Shown piece after piece: positions 40,608-45,656 of a stretch of 45,656 nucleotides of DNA; the first letter of the stretch is position 1, and every line of letters starts with the position of its first letter. Made by a program: the position numbers and the translations under genes. The notes under the pieces are model-generated. The model made no database searches, was not told the origin of the DNA, and was given only the letters and a program-made list of their open reading frames with translations. The stretch is from Acidobacteriota bacterium (GTDB taxonomy: Bacteria > Acidobacteriota > Thermoanaerobaculia > Multivoradales > JAGPDF01), in NCBI GenBank assembly GCA_011525905.1, contig WYBK01000176.1, positions 1 through 45,656 of the forward strand. Direction: 5' to 3'.

Positions 40608-41876
40608 ATGGCGGATGTGACGCGCAGGATCGGCTTGTCGCTCGGGGCGGACGTCTGCTGGCCCATCTGCTACGAGGAGATCGTCGAGCGGCTGAAGCTG
40701 GCGATCCCGATGGGGGGCGACACCCTGCGCTTCGAGGTCGAGCGGCTGACCATCGAGCCGTTCGACCTGCGCCAGCCGGTGAGATACGACGTCGTGCTCG
40801 ACCGTTTGACTCACTGGTACCACACGAGTCGCGAGTGGATCAAGAAGGCGGTCGTGATGAACGACCTCTACGTGCTCAACAACCCCTGGTCGATCCAGTC
40901 GAACGAGAAGCACACCAGCTACTGCGCCATGATGCGGCTGGGGCTGCCGATTCCCGAGACCTGGCTGCTGCCGCCCAAGGAGTACGAGCCGGCGGCCGAC
41001 CTGCAGGTGACGCTCGAGCGCTACGCGAAGTTCTTCGACCTCGGCAAGATCGGTGAGCGCGTCGGCTATCCGCACTTCATCAAGCCCTACGACGGCGGCG
41101 CCTGGGTGGGCGTCTCGAAGATCGGCAACCGCGCGGAGCTGGTCGAGGCGTACGACGCCTCGGGCAAGCGGATCATGCATCTGCAGTCGGCGGTCGAGCC
41201 CTTCGACCTCTTCGCGCGGGCGCTCGGCGTCGGCCCGCAGGTGCACGTCATGAAGTACGACCCCGCGGCGCCGCTGCACGACCGTTACAAGGTCGCCTTC
41301 GACTTCGTCACCGCGGAGGAGTGGCAGACGCTGGCCAACCTCTGCCTGACGATCAACGCCTTCTTCGGCTGGGATTTCAACAGCTGCGAAACGCTGCGCA
41401 GGGACGGCGTCTTCCACCCGATCGACTTCGCCAACGCCTGCCCGGACTCGCAGGTCACCTCACTGCACTATCACTTCCCCTGGCTGGTCAAGGCCAAGGT
41501 CAAATGGTCGATCTTCGTGGCGGCGACGCGCCGCAAGATGCGCTGGAATCTCGACTGGGCGCCCTTCTTCGAGATCGCCGACGGCGACGAGCCCTTCCCG
41601 GAGAAGCTCAAGCGGTACGCGCGGCTGGCGCACCAGCGCTTCGAGAGCGACCGCTTCGTCGAGTTCTGCGCCGAACACCTGCGCCACGTCGACGAGGTCA
41701 CCTGGGAGTTCTTCGGCACGCCGACCGCCAAGGAAGCGGTGCGCAAGAAGGTCGAGGCGCTCTTCCCGGCGCACGAGGTCGAACAGTTCACCGAGCATTT
41801 CTGGGGGCTGATCCAGTTCTGGCGCAAGACCGAGGGGGAGTATCTCGGCTTGGGCCCGGAGCGCGCCGGCGCGTGA
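40608..41876 (+). CDS. ATP-grasp-fold protein (RimK/glutathione-synthetase-like), second ligase of the cluster
   Basis: ATG 40608 is preceded by GGAGG (40595-40599); the track start GTG 40593 is the alternative. FIKPYDGGAWVGV, RIMHLQ, PIDFANACPD. Confidence 0.65.
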   Translation: MADVTRRIGLSLGADVCWPICYEEIVERLKLAIPMGGDTLRFEVERLTIEPFDLRQPVRYDVVLDRLTHWYHTSREWIKKAVVMNDLYVLNNPWSIQSNEKHTSYCAMMRLGLPIPETWLLPPKEYEPAADLQVTLERYAKFFDLGKIGERVGYPHFIKPYDGGAWVGVSKIGNRAELVEAYDASGKRIMHLQSAVEPFDLFARALGVGPQVHVMKYDPAAPLHDRYKVAFDFVTAEEWQTLANLCLTINAFFGWDFNSCETLRRDGVFHPIDFANACPDSQVTSLHYHFPWLVKAKVKWSIFVAATRRKMRWNLDWAPFFEIADGDEPFPEKLKRYARLAHQRFESDRFVEFCAEHLRHVDEVTWEFFGTPTAKEAVRKKVEALFPAHEVEQFTEHFWGLIQFWRKTEGEYLGLGPERAGA

Positions 41877-42646
41877 CGCCGAGCCGGCGCGAGTTCTGGC
41901 GCTCCGAGCCGCTCGGCGCCGAGGTCGGAGTGGCCGTCTGGGGAGAGGGGGGCGCGCCGCTGCTGCTCTTTCCGACCGCCGGAGGCGACGCCCGCGAGGT
42001 CGAGCGCTTCGGCCTGGTCGCCGGCCTCGAACCTTGGATCGCGGCCGGGCGGCTGCGGGTGATCTCGTGCGACAGCGTCCCCGGGCGCGCGCTGCTCGCC
42101 GACCCGGAGCTAACGCCGCAGCGCTTCGCCGAGCTGCTCTACCGGTTCGACGTCTTCGTCTACCACGAGCTGGTGCCGTGGGTGCGGTGGCTGGCGGACG
42201 ACCCGCGGCAGGAGCTGCTGGCCGCGGGCGCCTCGCTCGGCGCGCTCTTCGCGTTGGTGGCGATCTGCCGCCATCCGGACGCCTTCCGCGAGGCGCTCTG
42301 CCTGTCGGGCAAGTACGACCTGGAGGACTGGTTTGCAGGCGAGACGCCGCCGCTCGCTTTCCACTACGTCTCGCCGCTCCACTTCCTGCCCTATCTCGAC
42401 GACGCCGACCACCTGGCGCTGCTGCGACGCCGCTTCGTGCGGCTGGTTTGCGGCCGCGGGCGCGCCGAGCGCCCCGAGTACGCCTTCCGTGTCGCGCGGG
42501 TGCTCGGCGACCGCGGCGTCCCCAACCGGGTCGACGTCCGCGGTCCCGAATGGCACCACGACTGGCAGAGCTGGCGCGAGGCGCTGCCCGGCTACCTCGG
42601 TCCGCTGGCCAGCGAGCCCGCGCGACCGCTCGGCGCCGAGCTCTGA
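41873..42646 (+). CDS. Esterase / alpha-beta hydrolase, PF00756-like, short form
   Basis: 257 aa. GTGA overlap. GASLG nucleophile elbow, EWHHDWQSW. Confidence 0.65.
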   Translation: MTPSRREFWRSEPLGAEVGVAVWGEGGAPLLLFPTAGGDAREVERFGLVAGLEPWIAAGRLRVISCDSVPGRALLADPELTPQRFAELLYRFDVFVYHELVPWVRWLADDPRQELLAAGASLGALFALVAICRHPDAFREALCLSGKYDLEDWFAGETPPLAFHYVSPLHFLPYLDDADHLALLRRRFVRLVCGRGRAERPEYAFRVARVLGDRGVPNRVDVRGPEWHHDWQSWREALPGYLGPLASEPARPLGAEL

Positions 42647-42662
42647 TTCCGCGGGGTAGGCG

Positions 42663-43097
42663 ATGAGCGACGCGGCGCCCACGAGCTTCCCGGTCGCTCT
42701 CGAGCTGCCGGTGCAGTGGGGCGAGATGGACTCCTACCGGCACGTCAACAACGCCGTCTACTTCCGCTGGTTCGAGAGCGCGCGTATGGAGTACTTCCTC
42801 CGCATCGGCTGGGACGAAGTCGAGCGGCGCACCGGCGTCGGGCCGATCCTGCACTCGACCGCCGCCCGCTTCCGCGCGCCGCTCGAGTTCCCGGACCAGG
42901 TGCGCATCAGCGCCGGCGTCGGCGAAATGGGCGAGGATCGCTTCACCATGCACTACCGGGTCGAGAGCGCGAGGCTCGGCCGGCTCGCCGCCGAGGGGAG
43001 CGGGGTGGTCGTCGCCTTCGACTACCGCGCCGGCACGAAGGCGGCGCTGCCGGCTCCGGTGCGCGCGGCGATCGCCGCGCTCGAGGGGCGAGGGTGA
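42663..43097 (+). CDS. Acyl-CoA thioesterase, hotdog fold (4HBT/YbgC-like)
   Basis: 144 aa. WGEMDSYRHVNNAVYFRWFE. Confidence 0.8.
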   Translation: MSDAAPTSFPVALELPVQWGEMDSYRHVNNAVYFRWFESARMEYFLRIGWDEVERRTGVGPILHSTAARFRAPLEFPDQVRISAGVGEMGEDRFTMHYRVESARLGRLAAEGSGVVVAFDYRAGTKAALPAPVRAAIAALEGRG

Positions 43098-44059
43098 GCT
43101 CGACCGCCGGCGGGCTCTCGCTCCTGGCCGACGTCGGCGGCACCAACGCCCGCTTCGCGCTCTGCGGCGGCCCGGCCGGGCCGCAGCGGCTGCGCGTGCT
43201 GCCGGCGACGGAGTTCGGCGACTTCGCCTCGGCGGCGCGCGCCTACCTCGAGCTGGAGCAACTGGCGCCGGGGGCGATCGCCGCCGCCGCGATCGCGCTC
43301 GCGGCGCCGGTCGTCGGCGACGAGGTCAGGCTGACCAATGTCGGCTGGCGTTTCTCGATCGAGGCGACGCGCCGAGCGCTCGGCCTCGGCCGCCTGGTCG
43401 TGCTCAACGACTTCGAGGCGCTGGCGCTGTCGCTGCCGGCTCTCGTCGACGCCGACCTCGAGCCGCTCGCCGCCGGTCGGCCGGGTGCCGAGGGCACGCT
43501 CGCGCTGCTCGGCCCGGGCACCGGCCTGGGAGTCGCCGGGCTCCTGCCGCTCCCCGGCGGCGGCTGGCATCCGATCGCCGGAGAGGGGGGGCACCGCGAC
43601 CTCGCCGCCGCGGACGAGCGGCAGTGGCGAGTGATCGAAGGGCTCGGTCGCCGATTCGGCCACGTCTCGGCCGAACGGGCGCTGTCGGGACCCGGGCTGG
43701 TGGCGATCGAGCGGGCGCTGCGCGAGCTGGACGGAGCGCCCGCGGCCGGAGCGACCGCCGAAGAGCTCTCGGCGCGCGCGCGCGCTGGAGACGATTCGTA
43801 CGCGCTCGAGGCCTGCCGGCTCTTCTCGGGGTGGCTCGGCGCCGTGGCCGGAGACCTGGCCCTCACGCTCGGCGCGCGCGGCGGCGTCTATCTCGCCGGA
43901 GGCGCGCTCGCCGGGCTGGGCACGGCGTTCGACCGCGGGCTCTTCCTGGAGCGCTTCCTCGCCAAAGGGCGCTTCCGCGCCTATCTCGAGGGCGTTCCGG
44001 TCCGCCGCATCGCGCGCCCGGACGCTGCGCTGCTCGGCCTGTCGCGCGCTCTGCGCTGA
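43094..44059 (+). CDS. glk: Glucokinase
   Basis: 321 aa. GTGA overlap. LLADVGGTNARFAL, VLNDFEA, GPGTGLG, EGGH. Confidence 0.85.
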   Translation: MSSTAGGLSLLADVGGTNARFALCGGPAGPQRLRVLPATEFGDFASAARAYLELEQLAPGAIAAAAIALAAPVVGDEVRLTNVGWRFSIEATRRALGLGRLVVLNDFEALALSLPALVDADLEPLAAGRPGAEGTLALLGPGTGLGVAGLLPLPGGGWHPIAGEGGHRDLAAADERQWRVIEGLGRRFGHVSAERALSGPGLVAIERALRELDGAPAAGATAEELSARARAGDDSYALEACRLFSGWLGAVAGDLALTLGARGGVYLAGGALAGLGTAFDRGLFLERFLAKGRFRAYLEGVPVRRIARPDAALLGLSRALR

Positions 44060-44088
44060 GCGGCGCCGAGGCCGGCCGCCGGTCGGGC

Positions 44089-45636
44089 TCAGGCGGCCGG
44101 CGGGCCGGTCCCCTCGCCGGCGGGTGGCGCGGGAAGGACGGCGAGCCGTTCGGCGCCCTCGGTGAGCTGGCGCAGCCGCTGCGCGACACCGTCGCCGAAC
44201 GCCTCCCACGGGAGCCGCCACCCCCAGTTGCCCGCCGCCACGCCGGGGGTGTTCATGCGCGCCTCCGCGCCCAGCCCGAGCAGGTCCTGCACCGGTGCGA
44301 CGGCGATCTCGGCGACCGAGGTCCAGACCGCGCGCACCATGCCCCAGGCCGCGTCCTCCGGCGCTCCGCCCAGGTAGGCGAGCGCGCGCCGCCGCTCGTC
44401 CTCGTTGGCTGCCTCGAACCAGCCGCGCGCGGTCTGGTTGTCGTGCGTGCCGGTGTAGAACGCCGACGCCGGCTCCACCCGGTGGGGCAAGTGATCCTCC
44501 GAGCCGGTGTGAAAGCCGAACTGCAGCACTTTCATGCCGGGCAGGCCGACGGCGCGCCGCAGCGCGTGGACCTCGTCGGTGATCTGCCCCAGGTCCTCGG
44601 CGAGCAGCGGCAGCTCGCCGAGCGCGGCGGCGAGCGCGTCGAAGAGCGCGCGGCCGGGGCCCTCGACCCAGCGGCCGTCGCGGGCCGTCGAGGCACCGGC
44701 GTCGACCTGCCAGAAGGCCTGGAAGCCGCGGAAGTGGTCGAGGCGCAGCAGGTCGACCTGGCGCAGGTTGGCGCGCACCCGCTCGACCCACCAGGCGAAG
44801 CCCTCCTCGCACATCCGGTCCCAGCGGTAGAGCGGGTTGCCCCAGAGCTGGCCGTCGGCGGCGAAGTAGTCGGGGGGGACGCCGGCGACGTGGCGCGGCC
44901 GGCGCTCGTCGTCGAGGTCGAAGAGGTCGGCGCGGGCCCAGACTTCGACGGCGTCGCCCGCGAGATAGATCGGCAGGTCGCCGACCAGTCGGATGCCGCG
45001 CTCCGCGGCCTCGGCGCGCAGCCGCGCGAGCTGCCGGTGGAACGCGAACTGGACGAAGCGATGGAAGGCGATCTCCCGCGCCAGCTCGCGCCGCGCCTCG
45101 GCGAGCGCACCCGGCTCGCGCTTGCGCACGGGCTCGGGCCAGCTCTGCCAAGCCGAGTTGGCGAAGCGCTCGCGCAGCGCCGCGAACAGGGTCCAGTCGT
45201 CGAGCCAGGAGGCGACCTCGGGTCGTGCCGACCAGGCCGCCTCCCGCTCGCGCAGCTCGGCGATGCCGGGCTCGCCGGAGTCCGACGCGCGCTCGAAGGC
45301 GCGCCCGATCAGCTCACGCCGGACCCGGCCGGTCTCCGGGAAGTCGATCCGCTCGGCGAAGGGGAGGCGCGCGCGGTCGAGCTCGGCCGCCTCGAGCAGC
45401 CCCTCCTCGGCCAGTCGCTCCGGGGAGACCAGGCGGGGGTTGCCCGCGAAAGCCGAGAGCGCGCCGTAGGGCGAGTCGCCGTGCGCCGTCGGCCCGAGCG
45501 GCAGCAGCTGCCAGAGCGCCTGGCCCGAAGCCGCGAGCCGCTCGAGCCACCAGCTCGCGGCCGGTCCGAGGTCTCCGCACCCGAAGTCGCCGGGCAGCGA
45601 GGTCGGATGCAGCAGCACCGCGCTCTGTCGTCGCAT
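44089..45636 (-). CDS. malQ: 4-alpha-glucanotransferase (amylomaltase, GH77)
   Basis: 515 aa. LLHPTSLPG, DSPYGALSAFAGNP, RLDHFRGF, YTGTHDNQT. Confidence 0.95.
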   Translation of the reverse strand: MRRQSAVLLHPTSLPGDFGCGDLGPAASWWLERLAASGQALWQLLPLGPTAHGDSPYGALSAFAGNPRLVSPERLAEEGLLEAAELDRARLPFAERIDFPETGRVRRELIGRAFERASDSGEPGIAELREREAAWSARPEVASWLDDWTLFAALRERFANSAWQSWPEPVRKREPGALAEARRELAREIAFHRFVQFAFHRQLARLRAEAAERGIRLVGDLPIYLAGDAVEVWARADLFDLDDERRPRHVAGVPPDYFAADGQLWGNPLYRWDRMCEEGFAWWVERVRANLRQVDLLRLDHFRGFQAFWQVDAGASTARDGRWVEGPGRALFDALAAALGELPLLAEDLGQITDEVHALRRAVGLPGMKVLQFGFHTGSEDHLPHRVEPASAFYTGTHDNQTARGWFEAANEDERRRALAYLGGAPEDAAWGMVRAVWTSVAEIAVAPVQDLLGLGAEARMNTPGVAAGNWGWRLPWEAFGDGVAQRLRQLTEGAERLAVLPAPPAGEGTGPPAA

Positions 45637-45656
45637 GGCGCCGATGCTATGCGCAG

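Noticed and set aside
40608-41876. A lower-GC stretch as a horizontally acquired island
   Set aside because: The drop in GC tracks the amino-acid composition of a conserved, Lys/Asn/Tyr/Phe-rich protein. The nuo genes show the same effect. There are no flanking repeats or mobility genes.
44072-44100. Bidirectional intrinsic terminator between glk and malQ (CCGGCCGCC-N11-GGCGGCCGG)
   Set aside because: The stem overlaps the malQ coding end and there is no T/U tract on either strand. It is too weak to call a terminator.

Overview
High-GC bacterial chromosomal window (well above 70% GC by eye, not computed). It is densely coding, with about 43 supportable CDS. I saw no rRNA, tRNA, CRISPR array, IS element or prophage. 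Many long ORFs in the six-frame track are alternate-frame or antisense GC artefacts; real genes were picked by recognisable motifs and by start/stop junction logic.

Gene content in order:
- a 78-bp phased tandem repeat, then xerD and an SLT lytic transglycosylase
- a SpoIIE/HAMP phosphatase
- a ferritin-like protein followed by an orphan nuoB-nuoCD-nuoI block
- a Tat-signal aldo/keto reductase
- an OmpR/HisKA two-component pair
- a long translationally coupled operon (11.0-20.8 kb): YceI, polyprenyl synthetase, a haem-copper-oxidase subunit-I-like protein that seems to lack CuB ligands, a small membrane protein, an MFS-like/CcoO/cytochrome c fusion, an MBL hydrolase, an MMPL transporter, a TPR-like lipoprotein and a SAM methyltransferase
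- a COG2403/cDPG-synthetase-like P-loop protein and fdhD
- an RHH-MazF toxin-antitoxin pair
- a KamA-family radical SAM, aminotransferase, lipoprotein hydrolase and ACT operon
- korAB, glgX, a TetR regulator, acs and a Ser/Thr kinase
- a cluster of two ATP-grasp ligases, a PepE/cyanophycinase-like S51 protein and two PF00756-type esterases
- a thioesterase, glk and malQ

Best candidates for something undescribed:
1. The 11.6-20.8 kb coupled operon built around a degenerate cbb3/NOR-like cytochrome module and isoprenoid/MMPL genes.
2. The ATP-grasp/S51/esterase cluster at 37.2-42.6 kb.

Smaller oddities: two genes (glgX, the Ser/Thr kinase) have no canonical start codon, only a CTG fused to an upstream TGA (CTGA). 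There are also 14 ATGA/GTGA gene junctions.

All family calls rest on motif recognition by eye. No database search was possible.
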